Origin: Macrostomum hystrix
Taxonomy: Eukaryota; Animalia; Platyhelminthes
Direction: 5' to 3'
Assembly: GCA_950097015.1 (NCBI GenBank)
Contig: CATNEN010000007.1
Location: 12,524,001 to 12,588,000, forward strand
Length of the DNA stretch: 64,000 bases
In this document: positions 9,301 to 24,300 of the stretch, piece by piece
How positions within the stretch are numbered: the stretch's first letter is position 1
Layout of the letters: each line of letters opens with the position of its first letter
Translations under genes and position numbers: made by a program
Notes under the pieces: generated by a model
The model's database searches: none
What the model was told of the DNA's origin: nothing
Seen by the model: only the letters and a program-made list of their open reading frames with translations

Positions 9301-12300
9301 ACTCACAGCATCCATCCATTGTTAGCCAACTCACAGCATCCATCCATTGTTAGCCAACTCACAGCATCCATCCATTGTTAGCCAACTCACAGCATCCATC
9401 CATTGTTAGCCACTCACAGCATCCTTTGTTATCCAACTCACAGCATCCATCCATTGTTAGCCAACTCACAGCATCCATCCATTGTTAGCCACTCACAGCA
9501 TCCATTGTTAGCCACTCACAGCATCCATCCATTGTTATCCAACTCACAGCATCCATTCATTGTTATCCAACTCACAGCATCCATTCATTGTTATCCAACT
9601 CACAGCATCCATCCATTGTTAGCCACTCACAGCATCCATCCATTGTTATCCAACTCAAAGCATCCATTTATTGCTAGCCACTCACAGCATCCATTCATTG
9701 TTATCCAACTCAAAGCATCCATCCATTGTTAGCCACTCACAGCATCCATTGTTATCCAACTCACAGCATCCATTGTTATCCAACTCACAGCATCCATTCA
9801 TTGTTATCCAACTCACAGCATCCATCCATTGTTAGCCACTCACAGCATCCATTCATTGTTATCCAACTCAAAGCATCCATCCATTGTTAGCCAACTCACA
9901 GCATCCATCCATTGTTAGCCAACTCACAGCATCCATCCATTGTTAGCCAACTCACAGCATCCATCCATTGTTATCCAACTCACAGCATCCATCCATTGTT
10001 AGCCACTCACAGCATCCATCCATTGTTATCCAACTCACAGCATCCATCCATTGTTATCCAACTCACAGCATCCATCCATTGTTATCCAACTCACAGCATC
10101 CATCCATTGTTATCCAACTCACAGCATCCATCCATTGTTATCCAACTCACAGCATCCATCCATTGTTATCCAACTCACAGCATCCATCCATTGTAATCCA
10201 ACTCACAGCATCCATCCATTGTTAGCCACTCACAGCATCCATTGTTATCCAACTCACAGCATCCATTGTTATCCAACTCACAGCATCCATTGCTATCCAA
10301 CTCACAGCATCCATTCATTGTTATCCAACTCACAGCATCCATCCATTGTTAGCCACTCACAGCATCCATCCATTGTTAGCCACTCACAGCATCCATCCAT
10401 TGTTATCCACTCACAGCATCCATCCATTGTTAGCCACTCACAGCATCCATCCATTGTTATCCACTCACAGCATCCATCCATTGTTAGCCAACTCACAGCA
10501 TCCATCCATTGTTAGCCAACTCACAGCATCCATCCATTGTTAGCCAACTCACAGCATCCATCCATTGTTAGCCAACTCACAGCATCCATCCATTGTTATC
10601 CAACTCACAGCAACCATCCATTGTTAGCCAACTCACAGCATCCATCCATTGTTAGCCAACTCACAGCATCCATCCATTGTTAGCCACTCACAGCATCCAT
10701 CCATTGTTATCCAACTCACAGCATCCATCCATTGTTATCCAACTCACAGCATCCATCCATTGTTATCCAACTCACAGCATCCATCCATTGTTATCCAACT
10801 CACAGCATCCATCCATTGTTATCCAACTCACAGCATCCATCCATTGTTATCCAACTCACAGCATCCATCCATTGTTAGCCAACTCACAGCATCCATCCAT
10901 TGTTAGCCACTCACAGCATCCATTGTTATCCAACTCACAGCATCCATTGTTATCCAACTCACAGCATCCATTCATTGTTATCCAACTCACAGCATCCATC
11001 CATTGTTAGCCACTCACAGCATCCATCCATTGTTATCCAACTCAAAGCATCCATTCATTGCTAGCCACTCACAGCATCCATTCATTGTTATCCAACTCAA
11101 AGCATCCATCCATTGTTAGCCAACTCACAGCATCCATCCATTGTTATCCAACTCACAGCATCCATTCATTGTTATCCAACTCAAAGCATCCATCCATTGT
11201 TATCCAACTCAAAGCATCCATCCATTGTTATCCAACTCACAGCGTCCATCCATTGTTAGCCAACTCACAACATCTATCCATTGTTAGCCAACTCACAGCA
11301 TCCATCCATTGTTAGCCAACTCACAGCATCCATCCATTGTTATCCAACTCACAGCATCCATCCATTGTTAGCCAACTCACAGCATCCATCCATTGTTAGC
11401 CACTCACAGCATCCATTGTTATCCAACTCACAGCATCCATTCATTGTTATCCAACTCACAGCATCCATTCATTGTTATCCAACTCACAGCATCCATCCAT
11501 TGTTAGCCACTCACAGCATCCATCCATTGTTATCCAACTCAAAGCATCCATTCATTGCTAGCCACTCACAGCATCCATTCATTGTTATCCAACTCAAAGC
11601 ATCCATCCATTGTTAGCCACTCACAGCATCCATTGTTATCTAACTCACAGCATCCATTGTTATCCAACTCACAGCATCCATTCATTGTTATCCAACTCAC
11701 AGCATCCATCCATTGTTAGCCAACTCACAGCATCCATTCATTGTTATCCAACTCAAAGCATCCATCCATTGTTAGCCAACTCACAGCATCCATCCATTGT
11801 TAGCCAACTCACAGCATCCATCCATTGTTAGCCAACTCACAGCATCCATCCATTGTTAGCCAACTCACAGCATCCATCCATTGTTAGCCAACTCACAGCA
11901 TCCATCCATTGTTAGTCACTCACAGCATCCATTGTTATCCAACTCACAGCATCCATTCATTGTTATCCAACTCACAGCATCCATTCATTGTTATCCAACT
12001 CACAGCATCCATCCATTGTTAGCCACTCACAGCATCCATCCATTGTTATCCAACTCAAAGCATCCATTCATTGCTAGCCACTCACAGCATCCATTCATTG
12101 TTATCCAACTCAAAGCATCCATCCATTGTTAGCCACTCACAGCATCCATTGTTATCCAACTCACAGCATCCATTGTTATCCAACTCACAGCATCCATCCA
12201 TTGTTAGCCACTCACAGCATCCATCCATTGTTATCCAACTCACAGCATCCATCCATTGTTATCCAACTCACAGCATCCATCCATTGTTATCCAACTCACA

Positions 12301-15300
12301 GCATCCATCCATTGTTATCCAACTCACAGCATCCATCCATTGTTATCCAACTCACAGCATCCATCCATTGTTATCCAACTCACAGCATCCATCCATTGTT
12401 AGCCAACTCACAGCATCCATCCATTGTTAGCCACTCACAGCATCCATTGTTATCCAACTCACAGCATCCATTGTTATCCAACTCACAGCATCCATTCATT
12501 GTTATCCAACTCACAGCATCCATCCATTGTTAGCCACTCACAGCATCCATCCATTGTTATCCAACTCAAAGCATCCATTCATTGCTAGCCACTCACAGCA
12601 TCCATTCATTGTTATCCAACTCAAAGCATCCATCCATTGTTAGCCAACTCACAGCATCCATCCATTGTTATCCAACTCACAGCATCCATTCATTGTTATC
12701 CAACTCAAAGCATCCATCCATTGTTATCCAACTCAAAGCATCCATCCATTGTTATCCAACTCACAGCGTCCATCCATTGTTAGCCAACTCACAACATCTA
12801 TCCATTGTTAGCCAACTCACAGCATCCATCCATTGTTAGCCAACTCACAGCATCCATCCATTGTTATCCAACTCACAGCATCCATCCATTGTTAGCCAAC
12901 TCACAGCATCCATCCATTGTTAGCCACTCACAGCATCCATTGTTATCCAACTCACAGCATCCATTCATTGTTATCCAACTCACAGCATCCATTCATTGTT
13001 ATCCAACTCACAGCATCCATCCATTGTTAGCCACTCACAGCATCCATCCATTGTTATCCAACTCAAAGCATCCATTCATTGCTAGCCACTCACAGCATCC
13101 ATTCATTGTTATCCAACTCAAAGCATCCATCCATTGTTAGCCACTCACAGCATCCATTGTTATCCAACTCACAGCATCCATTGTTATCCAACTCACAGCA
13201 TCCATTCATTGTTATCCAACTCACAGCATCCATCCATTGTTAGCCAACTCACAGCATCCATTCATTGTTATCCAACTCAAAGCATCCATCCATTGTTAGC
13301 CAACTCACAGCATCCATCCATTGTTAGCCAACTCACAGCATCCATCCATTGTTAGCCAACTCACAGCATCCATCCATTGTTAGCCAACTCACAGCATCCA
13401 TCCATTGTTAGCCAACTCACAGCATCCATCCATTGTTAGTCACTCACAGCATCCATTGTTATCCAACTCACAGCATCCATTCATTGTTATCCAACTCACA
13501 GCATCCATTCATTGTTATCCAACTCACAGCATCCATCCATTGTTAGCCACTCACAGCATCCATCCATTGTTATCCAACTCAAAGCATCCATTCATTGCTA
13601 GCCACTCACAGCATCCATTCATTGTTATCCAACTCAAAGCATCCATCCATTGTTAGCCACTCACAGCATCCATTGTTATCCAACTCACAGCATCCATTGT
13701 TATCCAACTCACAGCATCCATTCATTGTTAGCCACTCACAGCATCCATTGTTATCCAACTCACAGCATCCATTGTTATCCAACTCACAGCATCCATCCAT
13801 TGTTAGCCACTCACAGCATCCATCCATTGTTATCCAACTCAAAGCATCCATCCATTGTTAGCCAACTCACAGCATCCATCCATTGTTAGCCAACTCACAG
13901 CATCCATCCATTGTTAGCCAACTCACAGCATCCATCCATTGTTAGCCAACTCACAGCATCCATCCATTGTTAGCCAACTCACAGCATCCATCCATTGTTA
14001 GCCAACTCACAGCATCCATCCATTGTTAGCCAACTCACAGCATCCATCCATTGTTAGCCAACTCACAGCATCCATCCATTGTTAGCCACTCACAGCATCC
14101 ATCCATTGTTATCCAACTCACAGCATCCATCCATTGTTATCCAACTCACAGCATCCATCCATTGTTATCCAACTCACAGCATCCATCCATTGTTATCCAA
14201 CTCACAGCATCCATCCATTGTTATCCAACTCACAGCATCCATCCATTGTTATCCAACTCACAGCATCCATCCATTGTTAGCCAACTCACAGCATCCATCC
14301 ATTGTTAGCCACTCACAGCATCCATTGTTATCCAACTCACAGCATCCATTGTTATCCAACTCACAGCATCCATTCATTGTTATCCAACTCACAGCATCCA
14401 TCCATTGTTAGCCACTCACAGCATCCATCCATTGTTATCCAACTCAAAGCATCCATTCATTGCTAGCCACTCACAGCATCCATTCATTGTTATCCAACTC
14501 AAAGCATCCATCCATTGTTAGCCAACTCACAGCATCCATCCATTGTTATCCAACTCACAGCATCCATTCATTGTTATCCAACTCAAAGCATCCATCCATT
14601 GTTATCCAACTCAAAGCATCCATCCATTGTTATCCAACTCACAGCATCCATCCATTGTTAGCCAACTCACAGCATCTATCCATTGTTAGCCAACTCACAG
14701 CATCCATCCATTGTTAGCCAACTCACAGCATCCATCCATTGTTATCCAACTCACAGCATCCATCCATTGTTAGCCAACTCACAGCATCCATCCATTGTTA
14801 GCCACTCACAGCATCCATTGTTATCCAACTCACAGCATCCATTCATTGTTATCCAACTCACAGCATCCATCCATTGTTAGCCACTCACAGCATCCATCCA
14901 TTGTTATCCAACTCAAAGCATCCATTCATTGCTAGCCACTCACAGCATCCATTCATTGTTATCCAACTCAAAGCATCCATCCATTGTTAGCCACTCACAG
15001 CATCCATTGTTATCCAACTCACAGCATCCATTGTTATCCAACTCACAGCATCCATTCATTGTTATCCAACTCACAGCATCCATCCATTGTTAGCCACTCA
15101 CAGCATCCATTCATTGTTATCCAACTCAAAGCATCCATCCATTGTTAGCCAACTCACAGCATCCATCCATTGTTAGCCAACTCACAGCATCCATCCATTG
15201 TTAGCCAACTCACAGCATCCATCCATTGTTAGCCAACTCACAGCATCCATCCATTGTTAGCCAACTCACAGCATCCATCCATTGTTAGCCACTCACAGCA

Positions 15301-18300
15301 TCCATTGTTATCCAACTCACAGCATCCATTCATTGTTATCCAACTCACAGCATCCATTCATTGTTATCCAACTCACAGCATCCATCCATTGTTAGCCACT
15401 CACAGCATCCATCCATTGTTATCCAACTCAAAGCATCCATTCATTGCTAGCCACTCACAGCATCCATTCATTGTTATCCAACTCAAAGCATCCATCCATT
15501 GTTAGCCACTCACAGCATCCATTGTTGTCCAACTCACAGCATCCATTGTTATCCAACTCACAGCATCCATCCATTGTTAGCCAACTCACAGCATCCATCC
15601 ATTGTTAGCCACTCACAGCATCCATTGTTATCCAACTCACAGCATCCATTGTTATCCAACTCACAGCATCCATTCATTGTTATCCAACTCACAGCATCCA
15701 TCCATTGTTAGCCACTCACAGCATCCATCCATTGTTATCCAACTCAAAGCATCCATTCATTGCTAGCCACTCACAGCATCCATTCATTGTTATCCAACTC
15801 AAAGCATCCATCCATTGTTAGCCAACTCACAGCATCCATCCATTGTTATCCAACTCACAGCATCCATCCATTGTTATCCAACTCACAGCATCCATCCATT
15901 GTTATCCAACTCACAGCATCCATCCATTGTTATCCAACTCACAGCATCCATCCATTGTTAGCCAACTCACGGCATCCATCCATTGTTAGCCACTCACAGC
16001 ATCCATTGTTATCCAACTCACAGCATCCATTGTTATCCAACTCACAGCATCCATTCATTGTTATCCAACTCACAGCATCCATCCATTGTTAGCCACTCAC
16101 AGCATCCATCCATTGTTAGCCACTCACAGCATCCATCCATTGTTATCCACTCACAGCATCCATCCATTGTTAGCCACTCACAGAATCCATCCATTGTTAT
16201 CCACTCACAGCATCCATTCATTGTTAGCCAACTCACAGCATCCATCCTTTGTTAGCCACTCACAGCATCCATCCATTGTTATCCAACTCACAGCATCCAT
16301 TCATTGTTATCCAACTCAAAGCATCCATCCATTGTTAGCCAACTCACAGCATCCATCCATTGTTAGCCAACTCACAGCATCCATCCATTGTTATCCAACT
16401 CAAAGCATCCATCCATTGTTATCCAACTCACAGCATCCATCCATTGTTATCCAACTCACAGCATCCATCCATTGTTATCCAACTCACAGCATCCATCCAT
16501 TGTTAGCCAACTCACAGCATCCATCCATTGTTAGCCACTCACAGCATCCATTGTTATCCAACTCACAGCATCCATTGTTATCCAACTCACAGCATCCATT
16601 CATTGTTATCCAACTCACAGCATCCATCCATTGTTAGCCACTCACAGCATCCATCCATTGTTATCCAACTCAAAGCATCCATTCATTGCTAGCCACTCAC
16701 AGCATCCATTCATTGTTATCCAACTCAAAGCATCCATCCATTGTTAGCCAACTCACAGCATCCATCCATTGTTATCCAACTCACAGCATCCATTCATTGT
16801 TATCCAACTCAAAGCATCCATCCATTGTTATCCAACTCAAAGCATCCATCCATTGTTATCCAACTCACAGCATCCATCCATTGTTAGCCAACTCACAGCA
16901 TCTATCCATTGTTAGCCAACTCACAGCATCCATCCATTGTTAGCCAACTCACAGCATCCATCCATTGTTATCCAACTCACAGCATCCATCCATTGTTAGC
17001 CAACTCACAGCATCCATCCATTGTTAGCCACTCACAGCATCCATTGTTATCCAACTCACAGCATCCATTCATTGTTATCCAACTCACAGCATCCATCCAT
17101 TGTTAGCCACTCACAGCATCCATCCATTGTTATCCAACTCAAAGCATCCATTCATTGCTAGCCACTCACAGCATCCATTCATTGTTATCCAACTCAAAGC
17201 ATCCATCCATTGTTAGCCACTCACAGCATCCATTGTTATCCAACTCACAGCATCCATTGTTATCCAACTCACAGCATCCATTCATTGTTATCCAACTCAC
17301 AGCATCCATCCATTGTTAGCCACTCACAGCATCCATTCATTGTTATCCAACTCAAAGCATCCATCCATTGTTAGCCAACTCACAGCATCCATCCATTGTT
17401 AGCCAACTCACAGCATCCATCCATTGTTAGCCAACTCACAGCATCCATCCATTGTTAGCCAACTCACAGCATCCATCCATTGTTAGCCAACTCACAGCAT
17501 CCATCCATTGTTAGCCACTCACAGCATCCATTGTTATCCAACTCACAGCATCCATTCATTGTTATCCAACTCAAAGCATCCATCCATTGTTATCCAACTC
17601 AAAGCATCCATTCATTGCTAGCCACTCACAGCATCCATTCATTGTTATCCAACTCAAAGCATCCATCCATTGTTAGCCAACTCACAGCATCCATCCATTG
17701 TTATCCAACTCACAGCATCCATCCATTGTTATCCAACTCACAGCATCCATCCATTGTTATCCAACTCACAGCATCCATCCATTGTTAGCCAACTCACAGC
17801 ATCTATCCATTGTTATCCAACTCACAGCATCCATCCATTGTTAGCCAACTCACAGCATCCATCCATTGTTAGCCACTCACAGCATCCATTGTTATCCAAC
17901 TCACAGCATCCATTGTTATCCAACTCACAGCATCCATTCATTGTTATCCAACTCACAGCATCCATCCATTGTTAGCCACTCACAGCATCCATCCATTGTT
18001 ATCCAACTCAAAGCATCCATTCATTGCTAGCCACTCACAGCATCCATTCATTGTTATCCAACTCAAAGCATCCATCCATTGTTAGCCAACTCACAGCATC
18101 CATCCATTGTTATCCAACTCACAGCATCCATCCATTGTTATCCAACTCAAAGCATCCATCCATTGTTATCCAACTCAAAGCATCCATCCATTGTTATCCA
18201 ACTCACAGCATCCATCCATTGTTAGCCAACTCACAGCATCCATCCATTGTTATCCAACTCACAGCATCCATTCATTGTTATCCAACTCAAAGCATCCATC

Positions 18301-21300
18301 CATTGTTAGCCAACTCACAGCATCCATCCATTGTTATCCAACTCACAGCATCCATCCATTGTTATCCAACTCAAAGCATCCATCCATTGTTATCCAACTC
18401 ACAGCATCCATCCATTGTTATCCAACTCACAGCATCCATCCATTGTTATCCAACTCACAGCATCCATTCATTGTTATCCAACTCACAGCATCCATTCATT
18501 GTTATCCAACTCACAGCATCCATCCATTGTTAGCCACTCACAGCATCCATCCATTGTTATCCAACTCAAAGCATCCATTCATTGCTAGCCACTCACAGCA
18601 TCCATTCATTGTTATCCAACTCAAAGCATCCATCAATTGTTAGCCACTCACAGCATCCATTGTTATCCAACTCACAGCATCCATTGTTATCCAACTCACA
18701 GCATCCATTCATTGTTATCCAACTCACAGCATCCATCCATTGTTAGCCACTCACAGCATCCATTCATTGTTATCCAACTCAAAGCATCCATCCATTGTTA
18801 GCCAACTCACAGCATCCATCCATTGTTAGCCAACTCACAGCATCCATCCATTGTTAGCCAACTCACAGCATCCATCCATTGTTAGTCAACTCACAGCATC
18901 CATCCATTGTTAGCCACTCACAGCATCCATCCATTGTTATCCAACTCACAGCATCCATCCATTGCTATCCAACTCACAGCATCCATCCATTGTTATCCAA
19001 CTCACAGCATCCATCCATTGTTATCCAACTCACAGCATCCATCCATTGTTAGCCAACTCACAGCATCCATCCATTGTTATCCAACTCACAGCATCCATCC
19101 ATTGTTAGCCAACTCACAGCATCCATCCATTGTTAGCCACTCACAGCATCCATTGTTATCCAACTCACAGCATCCATTGTTATCCAACTCACAGCATCCA
19201 TTCATTGTTATCCAACTCACAGCATCCATCCATTGTTAGCCACTCACAGCATCCATCCATTGTTATCCAACTCAAAGCATCCATTCATTGCTAGCCACTC
19301 ACAGCATCCATTCATTGTTATCCAACTCAAAGCATCCATCCATTGTTAGCCAACTCACAGCATCCATCCATTGTTATCCAACTCACAGCATCCATCCATT
19401 GTTATCCAACTCAAAGCATCCATCCATTGTTATCCAACTCAAAGCATCCATCCATTGTTATCCAACTCACAGCATCCATCCATTGTTAGCCAACTCACAG
19501 CATCCATCCATTGTTATCCAACTCACAGCATCCATTCATTGTTATCCAACTCAAAGCATCCATCCATTGTTAGCCAACTCACAGCATCCATCCATTGTTA
19601 GCCAACTCACAGCATCCATCCATTGTTATCCAACTCAAAGCATCCATCCATTGTTATCCAACTCACAGCATCCATCCATTGTTATCCAACTCACAGCATC
19701 CATCCATTGTTATCCAACTCACAGCATCCATCCATTGTTATCCAACTCACAGCATCCATCCATTGTTAGCCACTCACAGCATCCATCCATTGTTATCCAA
19801 CTCACAGCATCCATCCATTGTTATCCAACTCACAGCATCCATCCATTGTTAGCCAACTCACAGCATCCATCCATTGTTAGCCAACTCACAGCATCCATCC
19901 ATTGTTAGCCAACTCACAGCATCCATCCATTGTTATCCAACTCACAGCAACCATCCATTGTTAGCCAACTCACAGCATCCATCCATTGTTAGCCAACTCA
20001 CAGCATCCATCCATTGTTATCCAACTCACAGCAACCATCCATTGTTAGCCAACTCACAGCATCCATCCATTGTTATCCAACTCACAGCATCCATCCATTG
20101 TTAGCCACTCACAGCATCCATCCATTGTTATCCAACTCACAGCATCCATCCATTGTTATCCAACTCACAGCATCCATCCATTGTTATCCAACTCACAGCA
20201 TCCATCCATTGTTAGCCACTCACAGCATCCATTCATTGTTATCCAACTCAAAGCATCCATCCATTGTTAGCCAACTCACAGCATCCATCCATTGTTAGCC
20301 AACTCACAGCATCCATCCATTGTTAGCCAACTCACAGCATCCATCCATTGTTAGTCAACTCACAGCATCCATCCATTGTTAGCCACTCACAGCATCCATC
20401 CATTGTTATCCAACTCACAGCATCCATCCATTGCTATCCAACTCACAGCATCCATCCATTGTTATCCAACTCACAGCATCCATCCATTGTTATCCAACTC
20501 ACAGCATCCATCCATTGTTAGCCAACTCACAGCATCCATCCATTGTTATCCAACTCACAGCATCCATCCATTGTTAGCCAACTCACAGCATCCATCCATT
20601 GTTAGCCACTCACAGCATCCATTGTTATCCAACTCACAGCATCCATTGTTATCCAACTCACAGCATCCATTCATTGTTATCCAACTCACAGCATCCATCC
20701 ATTGTTAGCCACTCACAGCATCCATCCATTGTTATCCAACTCAAAGCATCCATTCATTGCTAGCCACTCACAGCATCCATTCATTGTTATCCAACTCAAA
20801 GCATCCATCCATTGTTAGCCAACTCACAGCATCCATCCATTGTTATCCAACTCACAGCATCCATCCATTGTTATCCAACTCAAAGCATCCATCCATTGTT
20901 ATCCAACTCAAAGCATCCATCCATTGTTATCCAACTCACAGCATCCATCCATTGTTAGCCAACTCACAGCATCCATCCATTGTTATCCAACTCACAGCAT
21001 CCATTCATTGTTATCCAACTCAAAGCATCCATCCATTGTTAGCCAACTCACAGCATCCATCCATTGTTAGCCAACTCACAGCATCCATCCATTGTTATCC
21101 AACTCAAAGCATCCATCCATTGTTATCCAACTCACAGCATCCATCCATTGTTATCCAACTCACAGCATCCATCCATTGTTATCCAACTCACAGCATCCAT
21201 CCATTGTTATCCAACTCACAGCATCCATCCATTGTTAGCCACTCACAGCATCCATCCATTGTTATCCAACTCACAGCATCCATCCATTGTTATCCAACTC

Positions 21301-24300
21301 ACAGCATCCATCCATTGTTAGCCAACTCACAGCATCCATCCATTGTTAGCCAACTCACAGCATCCATCCATTGTTAGCCAACTCACAGCATCCATCCATT
21401 GTTATCCAACTCACAGCAACCATCCATTGTTAGCCAACTCACAGCATCCATCCATTGTTAGCCAACTCACAGCATCCATCCATTGTTAGCCACTCACAGC
21501 ATCCATCCATTGTTATCCAACTCACAGCATCCATCCATTGTTATCCAACTCACAGCATCCATCCATTGTTATCCAACTCACAGCATCCATCCATTGTTAT
21601 CCAACTCACAGCATCCATCCATTGTTATCCAACTCACAGCATCCATCCATTGTTATCCAACTCACAGCATCCATCCATTGTTAGCCAACTCACAGCATCC
21701 ATCCATTGTTAGCCACTCACAGCATCCATTGTTATCCAACTCACAGCATCCATTGTTATCCAACTCACAGCATCCATTCATTGTTATCCAACTCACAGCA
21801 TCCATCCATTGTTAGCCACTCACAGCATCCATCCATTGTTATCCAACTCAAAGCATCCATTCATTGCTAGCCACTCACAGCATCCATTCATTGTTATCCA
21901 ACTCAAAGCATCCATCCATTGTTAGCCAACTCACAGCATCCATCCATTGTTATCCAACTCACAGCATCCATTCATTGTTATCCAACTCAAAGCATCCATC
22001 CATTGTTATCCAACTCACAGCATCCATCCATTGTTATCCAACTCACAGCATCCATCCATTGTTATCCAACTCACAGCATCCATCCATTGTTATCCAACTC
22101 ACAGCATCCATCCATTGTTAGCCAACTCACAGCATCCATCCATTGTTATCCAACTCACAGCATCCATCCATTGTTAGCCAACTCACAGCATCCATCCATT
22201 GTTAGCCACTCACAGCATCCATTGTTATCCAACTCACAGCATCCATTGTTATCCAACTCACAGCATCCATTCATTGTTATCCAACTCACAGCATCCATCC
22301 ATTGTTAGCCACTCACAGCATCCATCCATTGTTATCCAACTCAAAGCATCCATTCATTGCTAGCCACTCACAGCATCCATTCATTGTTATCCAACTCAAA
22401 GCATCCATCCATTGTTAGCCAACTCACAGCATCCATCCATTGTTATCCAACTCACAGCATCCATCCATTGTTATCCAACTCAAAGCATCCATCCATTGTT
22501 ATCCAACTCAAAGCATCCATCCATTGTTATCCAACTCACAGCATCCATCCATTGTTAGCCAACTCACAGCATCCATCCATTGTTATCCAACTCACAGCAT
22601 CCATTCATTGTTATCCAACTCAAAGCATCCATCCATTGTTAGCCAACTCACAGCATCCATCCATTGTTAGCCAACTCACAGCATCCATCCATTGTTATCC
22701 AACTCAAAGCATCCATCCATTGTTATCCAACTCACAGCATCCATCCATTGTTATCCAACTCACAGCATCCATCCATTGTTATCCAACTCACAGCATCCAT
22801 TCATTGTTATCCAACTCACAGCATCCATTCATTGTTATCCAACTCACAGCATCCATCCATTGTTAGCCACTCACAGCATCCATCCATTGTTATCCAACTC
22901 AAAGCATCCATTCATTGCTAGCCACTCACAGCATCCATTCATTGTTATCCAACTCAAAGCATCCATCCATTGTTAGCCACTCACAGCATCCATTGTTATC
23001 CAACTCACAGCATCCATTGTTATCCAACTCACAGCATCCATTCATTGTTATCCAACTCACAGCATCCATCCATTGTTAGCCACTCACAGCATCCATTCAT
23101 TGTTATCCAACTCAAAGCATCCATCCATTGTTAGCCAACTCACAGCATCCATCCATTGTTAGCCAACTCACAGCATCCATCCATTGTTAGCCAACTCACA
23201 GCATCCATCCATTGTTAGTCAACTCACAGCATCCATCCATTGTTAGCCACTCACAGCATCCATCCATTGTTATCCAACTCACAGCATCCATCCATTGCTA
23301 TCCAACTCACAGCATCCATCCATTGTTATCCAACTCACAGCATCCATCCATTGTTATCCAACTCACAGCATCCATCCATTGTTAGCCAACTCACAGCATC
23401 CATCCATTGTTATCCAACTCACAGCATCCATCCATTGTTAGCCAACTCACAGCATCCATCCATTGTTAGCCACTCACAGCATCCATTGTTATCCAACTCA
23501 CAGCATCCATTGTTATCCAACTCACAGCATCCATTCATTGTTATCCAACTCACAGCATCCATCCATTGTTAGCCACTCACAGCATCCATCCATTGTTATC
23601 CAACTCAAAGCATCCATTCATTGCTAGCCACTCACAGCATCCATTCATTGTTATCCAACTCAAAGCATCCATCCATTGTTAGCCAACTCACAGCATCCAT
23701 CCATTGTTATCCAACTCACAGCATCCATCCATTGTTATCCAACTCAAAGCATCCATCCATTGTTATCCAACTCAAAGCATCCATCCATTGTTATCCAACT
23801 CACAGCATCCATCCATTGTTAGCCAACTCACAGCATCCATCCATTGTTATCCAACTCACAGCATCCATTCATTGTTATCCAACTCAAAGCATCCATCCAT
23901 TGTTAGCCAACTCACAGCATCCATCCATTGTTAGCCAACTCACAGCATCCATCCATTGTTATCCAACTCAAAGCATCCATCCATTGTTATCCAACTCACA
24001 GCATCCATCCATTGTTAGCCAACTCACAGCATCCATCCATTGTTAGCCACTCACAGCATCCATTGTTATCCAACTCACAGCATCCATTGTTATCCAACTC
24101 ACAGCATCCATTCATTGTTATCCAACTCACAGCATCCATCCATTGTTAGCCACTCACAGCATCCATCCATTGTTATCCAACTCAAAGCATCCATTCATTG
24201 CTAGCCACTCACAGCATCCATTCATTGTTATCCAACTCAAAGCATCCATCCATTGTTAGCCAACTCACAGCATCCATCCATTGTTATCCAACTCACAGCA